This document shows positions 1 through 9,247 of a DNA stretch of 64,000 nt, piece by piece (the first letter of the stretch is position 1; each line of letters starts with the position of its first letter). The stretch spans positions 1,952,001-2,016,000 of the forward strand of contig CAWIKF010000002.1 in assembly GCA_963836755.1 (NCBI GenBank). Direction: 5' to 3'. The notes under the pieces are model-generated. The model was not told where the DNA came from and did not search any database. It saw nothing but the letters and a program-made list of their open reading frames with translations. Source of the DNA: an uncultured Verrucomicrobiae bacterium (GTDB lineage: Bacteria > Verrucomicrobiota > Verrucomicrobiia > Chthoniobacterales > Chthoniobacteraceae). A program made the translations under genes and the position numbers.

Positions 1-121
1 ATTCGCGCCAAAAGTCCAACCTTCGACGTTTTTGCCGCGCCCGATGCGTTTTCGGCCGCGCAAAATAATTTGTTGCCAAAGCATTGCGCGCTCTTTAAAG
101 CAAACGTCTCACCACAAATTT

Positions 122-367
122 ATGGCAGACAAAACCGTTGAAGAAAAAGTCAAAGACATCATCGTCGAGCAGCTCGGAGTGAATCCCGAGCAGGTCACCA
201 CGAGCGCGTCATTCATTGAAGATTTGGGCGCTGATTCGCTCGATACCGTCGAGCTCGTGATGGCGTTCGAGGAGGAATTTTCCGTCGAAGTTCCCGATGA
301 GGATGCTGAGAAATTGCAGACCGTCGGCGACGTCGTGAAATACATCGAGGAGAAAACCGGGAAGTAG
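122..367 (+). CDS. acpP: Acyl carrier protein
   Basis: [20 protein letters not shown]...[23 protein letters not shown] phosphopantetheine motif; ATG at 122. Confidence 0.97.
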   Translation: MADKTVEEKVKDIIVEQLGVNPEQVTTSASFIEDLGADSLDTVELVMAFEEEFSVEVPDEDAEKLQTVGDVVKYIEEKTGK

Positions 368-388
368 TTTCTCGCAAACAATTTACCG

Positions 389-430
389 AAAAGCGCCACC
401 CGGCTGAATGCTCGTGGCGCTTTTTCTTTT
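389..430 (+). terminator. Intrinsic terminator after acpP (possibly bidirectional)
   Basis: AAAAGCGCCAC...GTGGCGCTTTTTCTTTT hairpin with T tract between convergent genes. Confidence 0.75.
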
Positions 431-439
431 CCCGGCGAC

Positions 440-1255
440 TCAGGATTTTCCGGCGCGCATCCGAATCGCGCCAATGTTCAGAAAAAGGCGCAGGATGAAC
501 ATCGGCGTGATGCAGATCAGGACCGCGAGGAAACTCATGGCCATTCCTGGGACGATCCGCGCCCGATCCCGCCGCACCGCGAGCAATGCGAGCTCGACGA
601 CGTTTTCCGGCGAGACGACAAAGATTTCCGGCGAATCAAGGTTGCCGTCGGCGTCACGTTTCGCCACCTCATTGAACTCCGTCTCGACCGGCCCGGGACA
701 AAGTGCAGTCACGGAAACGCCGGTGCCGCGCAGTTCTGCGCGAAGTGCCTCGGAAAAACTCGTCACGTAAGCCTTCGTCGCCGCATACACCGCGAAGTGC
801 GGCACCGGCAAAAAGCTGGCGCTCGACGAGACGTTGAGGATCGCCGCATCGCCGAAACTGCGCAGCATCGGCAGCAGCCGGTGCGTGAGTTTCGTGAGCG
901 CGGAGATGTTCACATCGAGCATCATCTTGATTTTATTCCAGTCGCCGCTTTGGAACTCGCCGCGATCGCCGAGGCCCGCGTTGTTGATGAGAAAATTGAC
1001 GCGCAGCCCTTCATTCCAGAGCCAGCGCAGGAACGCGTCGATCGCTGCGTCGTCGCTCAAGTCGATGCCATAACTATAAACATTTACGCTCGGATGTTGT
1101 TGCAGCAGCTCGGCCTTCAGCGCATCGAGCCGGTCAATCCGGCGCGCCACGAGAATCAGCGTCGACGCGTGCGGCGCGAGCTGTTTTGCGAATTCCGATC
1201 CGAGTCCCGACGAGGCTCCGGTGACCAATGCGGTGCAGCCGCTGAAAGTTTTCAT
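440..1255 (-). CDS. Short-chain dehydrogenase/reductase (SDR)
   Basis: TGASSGLG, NNAG and YAATK motifs. Confidence 0.93.
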   Translation of the reverse strand: MKTFSGCTALVTGASSGLGSEFAKQLAPHASTLILVARRIDRLDALKAELLQQHPSVNVYSYGIDLSDDAAIDAFLRWLWNEGLRVNFLINNAGLGDRGEFQSGDWNKIKMMLDVNISALTKLTHRLLPMLRSFGDAAILNVSSSASFLPVPHFAVYAATKAYVTSFSEALRAELRGTGVSVTALCPGPVETEFNEVAKRDADGNLDSPEIFVVSPENVVELALLAVRRDRARIVPGMAMSFLAVLICITPMFILRLFLNIGAIRMRAGKS

Positions 1256-1357
1256 GCGCAGTGCACCGAACTTATCGCGGCCGAAAAAGTTGGCGAGCTA
1301 AAGCGGCGCGCAAAATATTCCTGTTCATCCGCGGCGTGCCTGCAAAAACTTCGCGCC

Positions 1358-2152
1358 GTGAATCGGATCGACGAAAAATTTACGCAACTGCGCAGCCGCG
1401 GCGAGAAAGCGTTCATCGCTTACATCAGCGCGGGCGATCCGACGCTTGCCGCGACTTGCGCGCTGACTTTTGCGCTCGAAAAAGCGGGCGTCGATATTCT
1501 CGAGCTCGGCGTTCCATTTTCAGATCCGCTCGCCGATGGCATCGTAAACCAGCTCGCGGCGCAGCGCGCGCTCGAAGCGGGCGCGACGCCGCGCGGCGTG
1601 CTCGATTGCGTGCGCGAAATCCGACGCGATTCCCAGATCCCGATCGTGCTCTACACTTACATGAATCCACTTTACGCATTTGGTTTCGCGGCTTTTCATC
1701 GCGAGGCTGAAAGAGCGGGCGTCGATGGTTTGCTCATTCTCGATTTGCCGCCGGACGAAGATCGGGGCGAGTTGTCGGCCACGGAAAATTTGAAACGGAT
1801 TCGACTCATCGCACCGACCACGCCGCTCGCACGCATTGCGGAAATCACGGCGCGCGCGGACGGCTTTATATATTACGTCTCACGCGAAGGAGTAACGGGC
1901 GAGCAAAGCGCCGTGGCTGATTCGCTTGGCGAACGCGTTGCGGCGATTCGGGAGACAACGACGCTGCCAATCGCGGTTGGATTCGGCGTTTCAAATCCGA
2001 GCCAGGCGCGCGAGATCGCACGAATCGCGGACGGCGTCGTCGTCGGAAGCGCGATCGTAAAGCGCGTGGCTGAGCATGGACACGCTGCAGATCTCGCGGA
2101 GCGCGTCGCGGAGTTCGTCCGGCCGCTTGCACAGGCTGTTAAACAGCTGTGA
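1358..2152 (+). CDS. trpA: Tryptophan synthase alpha chain
   Basis: ELGVPFSDPLADG, YYVSREGVTG, VGFGVS, DGVVVGSA; GTG start at 1358 inferred. Confidence 0.95.
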   Translation: MNRIDEKFTQLRSRGEKAFIAYISAGDPTLAATCALTFALEKAGVDILELGVPFSDPLADGIVNQLAAQRALEAGATPRGVLDCVREIRRDSQIPIVLYTYMNPLYAFGFAAFHREAERAGVDGLLILDLPPDEDRGELSATENLKRIRLIAPTTPLARIAEITARADGFIYYVSREGVTGEQSAVADSLGERVAAIRETTTLPIAVGFGVSNPSQAREIARIADGVVVGSAIVKRVAEHGHAADLAERVAEFVRPLAQAVKQL

Positions 2153-2158
2153 ATGGTG

Positions 2159-2926
2159 TCAAAGTCCGCACTTTGCCCTCGCTTCGGCGAAGCTCGATGC
2201 GCGCCAAGTCAGGCTCCCGAGATACGCGTCAACGTCCGGCGCGGCCTTGATCCGGGCGAGGTTCACCGGATTTTTCAACCGCGAAAAAATCGCCTGCGCA
2301 ATCTTTTTACGAGCCACTGATTTCTCGCCGTAGCCGGCGGGAACGTTGCTCGACCAAAACCGGACGTATTCGCCATCTGCGCGTTGCTCTCGTCCCAGAT
2401 AGATTACCGAATGCCCGTGCTCCGATTTCCCGACTTCCGATGTCCAAAAAATTTTCATGAAATCGCCCGGTTGCGCGTGCGCGAAGTCGGCAAAATTCGG
2501 CCCGAGATCGAGCTCAAAAAAAAGCCGCGCCGTTCCCGGCCCGTTCGCATTCCAGCGGCCCCAAATTCCCTGGCCGTCCCGCTGCCCGTGGATCATCAGC
2601 GCGTTCAGCGTCTCCGGATCGAGCGCCAGCGAGCCGTCGCGCCGCAGAGATTCGATCGTTTTCAGAAAAACGAGATACGTCGCGCCGGAGCAATAGCTCG
2701 GCGACGCGGCATTCGGCAGCACGAAAAACTTTCCCTGCTCGAAATGCGCCGCCTGTTGCAGCGCGACAGTCGCCACGTGCGTCGCCGCATAATTTCCGCC
2801 CGTCGGCATCTGCCGGATTTGCTCGAGCACCAATGCGTTGTAATCGCGCGGAGACTGCGCGCGCAGCGGCCCCGCAGCCAGCGCCAGCGCGGCCGCCGCG
2901 GCGATGGACTTTAAAAACAAACGCAC
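2159..2926 (-). CDS. Secreted protein with NlpC/P60-like Cys-His motifs
   Basis: Signal peptide; YCSG...PGDF...GHSVIYLG; GTG start at 2926 inferred. Confidence 0.6.
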   Translation of the reverse strand: MRLFLKSIAAAAALALAAGPLRAQSPRDYNALVLEQIRQMPTGGNYAATHVATVALQQAAHFEQGKFFVLPNAASPSYCSGATYLVFLKTIESLRRDGSLALDPETLNALMIHGQRDGQGIWGRWNANGPGTARLFFELDLGPNFADFAHAQPGDFMKIFWTSEVGKSEHGHSVIYLGREQRADGEYVRFWSSNVPAGYGEKSVARKKIAQAIFSRLKNPVNLARIKAAPDVDAYLGSLTWRASSFAEARAKCGL

Positions 2927-3022
2927 GCGGACAGCTTCCGCATCCGGCACAGACGCGCAAACAATTTCCGCCGCGCGGCTGGCGCGGGTGACACGGGCGC
3001 CGCCGTGTGGTAGGGAAAGCTA

Positions 3023-3826
3023 ATGTTAAAATTCACCAAGATGAACGGCGCGGGCAATGACTTCGTGCTGCTCGATAATCGCGACGGCGCGTTGCGGCTC
3101 GATGCGCAAAAAATCGCGCGTCTTTGCGACCGGCATCGTGGCATTGGCGCCGACGGCTTGCTGATGGTGGAAAGATCGGACGACGGCGTGGATTTTCGCA
3201 TGCGTTATTATAATGCGGACGGTGGCGAGGCCGAGATGTGCGGCAACGGCGCGCGATGCTTCGCCCGTTTCGTCAACCGGATTGCAGGCCCGCGGGATGC
3301 GATCAATTTTGCAACGCAAGCGGGCGAGATTCGCGCCAGTTTCGTCGGCGGTTCCGTGCGGCTCGCGATGAGCGATCCGAAAGAATTGCGCTTGAATGAA
3401 CGCCTGAACTTAAAGCAGCAAACCCTGACTGTGGACTCGATCAATACGGGCGTTCCTCACGCGGTGATTTTCGTCGAGAACCTCGAGAACGCTTCGGTGC
3501 AGCGGCTTGGCGCCGAGATCCGCCATCACGCGCACTTTGCGCCGAAGGGGACCAACGTTAATTTTGCGATGCAGCTCGACCGTCGAAACATCGCGATCCG
3601 CACGTATGAGCGCGGGGTCGAGGCCGAGACGCTCGCGTGCGGCACGGGCGTGGTCGCGAGCGCATTGATTTTTCACGAGATGACCGCGGCGAAATCGCCG
3701 GTGTGCGTGCACGTGAATGGCGGAGAAACGCTGGAGGTCTCCTTTGAAAAAGGTGCCGACGGCTATCACGACGTCACGTTGACCGGCCCGGCAGACTTTG
3801 TCTTCGACGGCGAGATCGCGCTTTAA
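3023..3826 (+). CDS. dapF: Diaminopimelate epimerase
   Basis: KMNGAGNDF, EMCGNGARC, ERGVEAETLACGTG. Confidence 0.97.
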   Translation: MLKFTKMNGAGNDFVLLDNRDGALRLDAQKIARLCDRHRGIGADGLLMVERSDDGVDFRMRYYNADGGEAEMCGNGARCFARFVNRIAGPRDAINFATQAGEIRASFVGGSVRLAMSDPKELRLNERLNLKQQTLTVDSINTGVPHAVIFVENLENASVQRLGAEIRHHAHFAPKGTNVNFAMQLDRRNIAIRTYERGVEAETLACGTGVVASALIFHEMTAAKSPVCVHVNGGETLEVSFEKGADGYHDVTLTGPADFVFDGEIAL

Positions 3827-3871
3827 AAAGCCCTCGACACCCGGCACACGTCTCCAGACACTTTGCGCCCC

Positions 3872-4750
3872 ATGTTTCGCGGCACTTTCACAGCTTTGGT
3901 CACGCCATTTCGCGACGGCAGAGTGGATGAGGACGCGTTTGAAAAACTCATTGCCTGGCAGATCGAAAGCGGCATTTCCGGCGTCGTCCCCGTCGGCACC
4001 ACCGGCGAATCGCCCACGCTGGATCACGCCGAGCACACGCGCGTCATCGAGCTGGCAGTCCGCGCCGCGAAAGGCCGCTGCACCGTGATCGGCGGGACCG
4101 GTTCCAACTCCACCGCCGAAGCAATCGCACTGACGCAGGAGGCGGAAAATGTCGGCGCCGACGCCGCGCTGCTCGTCGCGCCATACTACAACAAGCCGTC
4201 GCAGGAAGGTTTGTTCCGCCATTTCAAAGCGATCGCGGATGCGACGAAATTGCCGCTCGTTCTTTACAGCATCCCCGGCCGATGCGGCATCGAAATCGGT
4301 GTCGAAACCGTGCGACGTCTCGCCGAGGCATGTCCAAATGTCGCGGCGATCAAAGAGTCCGGCGGGAGCGTCGAGCGCGTGAATGCGCTGCGTGCCGCCC
4401 TGCCCGAGACTTTTGATATTTTGTCCGGCGACGATTTCATCACGCTCGCATTCATGGCAGCCGGCGCGCGCGGTGTCGTCAGCGTCGCGTCAAACATTGT
4501 CCCGCGGGAAATGGTGGAAATGGTTCGCGCATTCGCCGACGGCCGGGTCGCGGAGGCGCAGAAAATTCAGGCTAAACTTTACCCGCTTTTCCGCGATTTA
4601 TTCATCGAGCCAAATCCTGTCCCGATCAAAACTGCTCTCGGCTGGGCTGGCAGAATGGAGCCGGGCGTGCGGCTGCCGCTTTGCGAGATGACCGTGGCGA
4701 ATGCAGAAAAACTGCACGAGACGTTACAGCGTTTGGACCTCGTAAAATGA
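3872..4750 (+). CDS. dapA: 4-hydroxy-tetrahydrodipicolinate synthase
   Basis: GTTGESPTL, PYYNKP, AIKES, NPVPIK. Confidence 0.97.
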   Translation: MFRGTFTALVTPFRDGRVDEDAFEKLIAWQIESGISGVVPVGTTGESPTLDHAEHTRVIELAVRAAKGRCTVIGGTGSNSTAEAIALTQEAENVGADAALLVAPYYNKPSQEGLFRHFKAIADATKLPLVLYSIPGRCGIEIGVETVRRLAEACPNVAAIKESGGSVERVNALRAALPETFDILSGDDFITLAFMAAGARGVVSVASNIVPREMVEMVRAFADGRVAEAQKIQAKLYPLFRDLFIEPNPVPIKTALGWAGRMEPGVRLPLCEMTVANAEKLHETLQRLDLVK

Positions 4751-5487
4751 CTCCGCTGCGGATTTTAATGAATGGCGCGCGTGGCCGCATGGGGCGCACA
4801 ATCATCGCGTGCGCGAAGGCCGACCCCGAAGTTTCCATCGCGGCTGAAGTCGATGAAGGAGACGATTTTCTCGCCGCGATCGAAGGTTGCGATTGTGTCG
4901 TCGATTTCACGCATCACAGCGCCATCGGCTCCATCGCTGACGCGTGCGTTGCGGGGAAAAAGTTTCTGGTGATCGGCACTACCGGCCACACCGACGCCGA
5001 AGTTGATGTCATCAAACGCGCCGCGGCATCGATTCCCATTGTATTCGCGCCAAATTTTTCGGTTGGCGTGAACACATTGTTTTGGCTGACGCAGAAAGCT
5101 GCAGAAATTCTCGGGCCTAACTTTGATCTCGAGGTCGTGGAGATGCATCACCGTTTGAAAAAAGACGCACCAAGTGGCACTGCGAAACGGCTTGCGGAAA
5201 TTTTAGCCGAGGTGCGCGGATTGCAATATCAGAACGATGTGCGGCACGGGCGGGATGGGATTGTGGGTGAACGGCCGCTCGCCGAGATCGGGATGCACGC
5301 GCTGCGCGGAGGCGATGTCGTGGGAGATCACACGGTGATTTTCGCGGGAAATGGAGAACGACTCGAGCTCACGCACAAAGCTGCCAGTCGTGACACATTC
5401 GCAAACGGAGCGTTGCGTGCTGCAAAATGGGTTCGCTCTCAAAACGCCGGCCTTTACGACATGCAGGATGTGCTCGCGCTGAAATGA
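4747..5487 (+). CDS. dapB: 4-hydroxy-tetrahydrodipicolinate reductase
   Basis: GARGRMG, GTTG, EMHHRLKKDAPSGTA; ATGA overlap with dapA. Confidence 0.97.
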   Translation: MTPLRILMNGARGRMGRTIIACAKADPEVSIAAEVDEGDDFLAAIEGCDCVVDFTHHSAIGSIADACVAGKKFLVIGTTGHTDAEVDVIKRAAASIPIVFAPNFSVGVNTLFWLTQKAAEILGPNFDLEVVEMHHRLKKDAPSGTAKRLAEILAEVRGLQYQNDVRHGRDGIVGERPLAEIGMHALRGGDVVGDHTVIFAGNGERLELTHKAASRDTFANGALRAAKWVRSQNAGLYDMQDVLALK

Positions 5488-5497
5488 CGGGACGTGC

Positions 5498-5998
5498 ATG
5501 AGGGCCGGCATCGCCCTCGGTTCCAATGTCGGCGACCGCTGGCAAAACCTTCGCGACGCGCACGCGCGTCTGCTCGCGCTGCCGATTTGCCGCGAGCCGG
5601 TAAACAGCTCGCGCATCTATGAAACTGAACCGGTCGACGGCGCACCCGGCACGCTTTGCTATTTAAATGCAGTGATCGAAATGGAATACGACGGCTCGCC
5701 TGTCACGTTGCTCGATGCGTTGCAGAAAATCGAAATCGGGCTTGGTCGGCCCTCCAAACGCCCGCGCAACGCGCCGCGCATCATCGACCTCGATCTTTTG
5801 TATGTCGGCAACCTCGCGCTCGCGAATGACGAAATGGTGATCCCTCATCCGCGTATGCACCTGCGCCGGTTCGTGCTCGCACCGCTTGCTGAGATTTGCC
5901 CCGAACTCGTTTTGCCTGGCCAACACGGGACGGTCGCAGAGCTGCTTGCGGGATTGCCCGCGCATCCCGCGGCTGCAATTTTCGCGGAGCCGATTTAA
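5498..5998 (+). CDS. folK: 2-amino-4-hydroxy-6-hydroxymethyldihydropteridine diphosphokinase
   Basis: IALGSNVGD, PRIIDLDLL, IPHPRMHLRRFVLAPL. Confidence 0.95.
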   Translation: MRAGIALGSNVGDRWQNLRDAHARLLALPICREPVNSSRIYETEPVDGAPGTLCYLNAVIEMEYDGSPVTLLDALQKIEIGLGRPSKRPRNAPRIIDLDLLYVGNLALANDEMVIPHPRMHLRRFVLAPLAEICPELVLPGQHGTVAELLAGLPAHPAAAIFAEPI

Positions 5999-6009
5999 CT
6001 TTCACCCGC

Positions 6010-6786
6010 ATGGACGACCGCATTCAAAAGCTGCTCGCGATGAAAAGGGATGGTGAAAAAGTTGCGATGCTCACGGCGTATGATTATCCGGTTGCGCGGC
6101 TGCTTGATGAAAGCGGTGTCGACGTCATCCTCGTCGGAGATTCCGTTGGCATGGTCGTGCTTGGATTTCCAGACACAACTTTTGTGACGATGGAGCAGAT
6201 GATTCATCACACATCAGCTGTGTCGCGTGGAGTTAAACGGGCGTTGATTGTCGCGGACCTGCCGTTCGCGAGTTATGAAACTCCTTCACTGGCTGTGGAA
6301 AACGCGCGAAGGCTGATTGCAGCAGGCGCAAACGCGGTCAAGCTCGAGGGCGGATGCGCGCGTGCCGAGCAAATCGCCGCGATCACAGAAAGCGCAATTC
6401 CTGTGATGGCGCACCTCGGGATGCTACCGCAAAATGTGCGTATCGAAGGGGGCTACAAAACCAAGGGTAAAACTCCGGAGGAAGCGGAGGCGTTACTGGC
6501 CGATGCCCGTTCGGTTGAGGCCGCGGGAGCTTTTGCGATCGTGCTGGAACTCGTGCAGCCGGAAGTCGCCGAAAAAATCACAAGCTTGGTTGCGATTCCA
6601 ACGATCGGCATTGGCGCTGGCCCGCAATGCGATGGGCAGGTGCTTGTGACGCATGATTTGATTGGGCTCTTTCCCTGGTTCAAGCCGAGGTTTGTGACGC
6701 GCGAGGCGGAAGTGGCGAGCGAGATCAGCCGTGCGGTTTCCGCGTTTGTGAGGCAGACGAAAAGAGGCAGCGCGTTGAGCGATTGA
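6010..6786 (+). CDS. panB: 3-methyl-2-oxobutanoate hydroxymethyltransferase
   Basis: MLTAYD, LVGDSVGMV, VKLEGG, IGIGAG...DGQVLV. Confidence 0.96.
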   Translation: MDDRIQKLLAMKRDGEKVAMLTAYDYPVARLLDESGVDVILVGDSVGMVVLGFPDTTFVTMEQMIHHTSAVSRGVKRALIVADLPFASYETPSLAVENARRLIAAGANAVKLEGGCARAEQIAAITESAIPVMAHLGMLPQNVRIEGGYKTKGKTPEEAEALLADARSVEAAGAFAIVLELVQPEVAEKITSLVAIPTIGIGAGPQCDGQVLVTHDLIGLFPWFKPRFVTREAEVASEISRAVSAFVRQTKRGSALSD

Positions 6787-6816
6787 CGAAAAGTCCGGGT
6801 AGAAAAGCCGCGTCTG

Positions 6817-7794
6817 CTACGTTCCGTTGCTGCCGATATCGTCGGCGAATTCGCCGATCTGGCGGAACTTCGCGTAGCGCTGAGGCAGCAATTTTTCCAG
6901 CGGCATTTTCGTCAGCGCCTGTAGATGCTTGAGGAGAGATTTTTTCAAAGCCGTCGCCGTCTGCGAGGAATTTTGATGCGCGCCGCCCATCGGTTCGGGA
7001 ATCACTTCGTCGATCAATTTTAATTCTTCGAGATCGTTCGCGGTGAGTTTCAACGCCTCCGCAGCCTCGGGTGCGTGGCTTCGATGTTTCCATAAAATCG
7101 CAGCGCAGCCTTCCGGAGAAATGACGGAGTAGTAGGCATTTTCGAGCATGAGCACGCGATCGGCGACGCCAATGCCGAGCGCGCCGCCCGATCCGCCTTC
7201 GCCGATGACCACGGAGATGATCGGAGTTTTTAAAATCATCATCTCGCGCAGGTTCACGGCGATCGCTTCACTGATGTGGCGCTCCTCCGCGCCGATGCCG
7301 GGATAGGCGCCGGGCGTGTCGATAAGCGCAACGACGGGCAGGCCGAATTTTTCGCCGAGTCGCATGAGACGAAGCGCTTTGCGGTAACCTTCGGGATGCG
7401 CGCTGCCGAAATTGCGCTTGAGATTTTCCTTCGTGTCGCGCCCTTTTTGATGGCCGATGACGACGCAGCGGAAGTCACCGATGGTCGCAAGCCCGCCGGG
7501 CATCGATCGATCTTCTCCGAAAAGTCGGTCGCCGTGCAGCTCGATGAAATCGGTAAAAACCGTGGTCAGATAATCGAGGGTGTAAGGGCGCTGTGGATGC
7601 CGTGCGATTTGCACACGCTGCCACGCGGTGAGCCGCTCGTAAGTATTTCTTTTCAGCTCCTCGATTTTCACCTGCATGCGCTTGACCTCGGGGTCGAGGT
7701 TGATGTCCTGCGCGCGCGAATGGCGCTTGAGATCATCGAGTTTGCGCTCGAGCTCGAGGATCGGTTTTTCAAATTCGAGCGGCTGCGTCTTCAT
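6817..7794 (-). CDS. accA: Acetyl-CoA carboxylase carboxyltransferase alpha
   Basis: LEFEKPI, ARHPQRP, DTPGAYPG, GEGGSGGALG. Confidence 0.97.
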   Translation of the reverse strand: MKTQPLEFEKPILELERKLDDLKRHSRAQDINLDPEVKRMQVKIEELKRNTYERLTAWQRVQIARHPQRPYTLDYLTTVFTDFIELHGDRLFGEDRSMPGGLATIGDFRCVVIGHQKGRDTKENLKRNFGSAHPEGYRKALRLMRLGEKFGLPVVALIDTPGAYPGIGAEERHISEAIAVNLREMMILKTPIISVVIGEGGSGGALGIGVADRVLMLENAYYSVISPEGCAAILWKHRSHAPEAAEALKLTANDLEELKLIDEVIPEPMGGAHQNSSQTATALKKSLLKHLQALTKMPLEKLLPQRYAKFRQIGEFADDIGSNGT

Positions 7795-7801
7795 AAGCTC
7801 G

Positions 7802-8629
7802 TCAGCGAATCGTGACGGGAACGCCTTTGGTAAGCAACGCGGAAAGTTCCTGCATGTCCGTTGCACTCAGCGCGATGCCTGCGGCCGTTTTCTCGCCGCC
7901 CTCGGCGGGATCGGTGAAAAGCGTGTAATTTGCCGCGCTCAGCTGCACCCAGAATGACGCGCCAGCGTATTCCTTGGTCCCGAACGCGACGCGCGAGCCA
8001 TGGTTCCACGCCGCGACGTTGGCGACTTTCGCTGTGATCGGCGCGTTGTTTTTCGGCGGCGGCACGGCCCATGTTTTCGCATGATATTGCTTAAAAAATT
8101 TGCCGTGATTGTAGAGCGTGATCATTTTTTCCTTGCGGTTGATCACAACGACGAATTCCGGATGCGAGACGTAGAGCACCTGTCCGATGCTGAGCCGGCG
8201 CGGATCTTCGAGGTTGTTCGAGCGCATGATCAGCTCGCCCGAAACTTTTAATTTCTTCTCGATCTTGATCAACGCATCGCCGCGCTGGATCGTGTATTGC
8301 TCCTTTTCCGGCGAAGGCGTGGCCGAGAAAAAAATATCGACGTTGATTTCGCCGATCGCGTCTTTCGCCGCCTCGAGCTTCGTCGAACCGGGAGAATTTT
8401 CGATGAAGTTTTCAAACGCCGCCCGCGCCTCCACGAGCTTGTGCTGATTTTTCAAAGCCATGCATTTTTCAAATGCCGGGATGGTCGGATCCGGTGGGGG
8501 AGTCGGCGTGCCGAACGCCGCTTCCTCTTTCAATTCCTGCTGCGGCTTGATGAAAAGATCGTAGCCGAAATACGCTGCGCCTCCGAAAATGGCCGCGGCC
8601 AAAATGAGGATGAAGAGCGCCTTTAACAT
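7802..8629 (-). CDS. Membrane-anchored LysM protein with degenerate L,D-transpeptidase-like C-terminal domain
   Basis: N-terminal TM; YTIQRGDALIKI...LSIGQVL LysM; YkuD-like end ...GVPVTI. Confidence 0.75.
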   Translation of the reverse strand: MLKALFILILAAAIFGGAAYFGYDLFIKPQQELKEEAAFGTPTPPPDPTIPAFEKCMALKNQHKLVEARAAFENFIENSPGSTKLEAAKDAIGEINVDIFFSATPSPEKEQYTIQRGDALIKIEKKLKVSGELIMRSNNLEDPRRLSIGQVLYVSHPEFVVVINRKEKMITLYNHGKFFKQYHAKTWAVPPPKNNAPITAKVANVAAWNHGSRVAFGTKEYAGASFWVQLSAANYTLFTDPAEGGEKTAAGIALSATDMQELSALLTKGVPVTIR

Positions 8630-8666
8630 GAGCTGCGGCGCAATTTACACGCGCGTGTCATCGCGT

Positions 8667-9191
8667 CTAAATCAAACCGCGCCGATGCAAATCGCCGAGA
8701 TTTCCGCGGGACGACCGCTGAATGAGATCGACGCTGAACTTCAGCAGACACACTTCCCACGCATCGTCCACGCCTTGGATGATCGTCCGCAGCGGCTCAT
8801 CTTCGGCAGCCGCTTGCTCGCGAACGCGCTCGATCACATCCGTCAGCGGGCTCTGCACGATTTTTTCCACGACATCGGTTTTGCGAAACTGGAAACCGTA
8901 TTTCAAAATCGCAAACTGCTCGGTGTGCGTCTCGATCCAATCGGCAAACTCGCGCGCTTTTTCGCCGAAGCCTTCCAGCAGCAGCCGCGAATAATGGCCC
9001 GGCGTCAGGAGTTGCGGCCGCTCCGCGTGGATGCGGCCATCGCGCACGCGCACTTCATCAACGCGGTCCATCAGCTCGGAGATGAGGTAAAAGCGGAAGC
9101 TCGTCTGGCCGAAAGTCTCGATGCTTTGCTGCGGCGCGAGGAGAATATGCGTGTTTTCGACAGCGTAATTAAAATCGTCCCGACTGAACAT
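8667..9191 (-). CDS. Conserved hypothetical protein
   Basis: 174-aa ORF co-oriented between nadE and the LysM gene, with protein-like composition. Confidence 0.75.
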   Translation of the reverse strand: MFSRDDFNYAVENTHILLAPQQSIETFGQTSFRFYLISELMDRVDEVRVRDGRIHAERPQLLTPGHYSRLLLEGFGEKAREFADWIETHTEQFAILKYGFQFRKTDVVEKIVQSPLTDVIERVREQAAAEDEPLRTIIQGVDDAWEVCLLKFSVDLIQRSSRGNLGDLHRRGLI

Positions 9192-9247
9192 TGGCCGCGG
9201 AACATAAGGGCGCCCCGCGCACCGCGCGAGTTATTTTCCGCGCCCGC

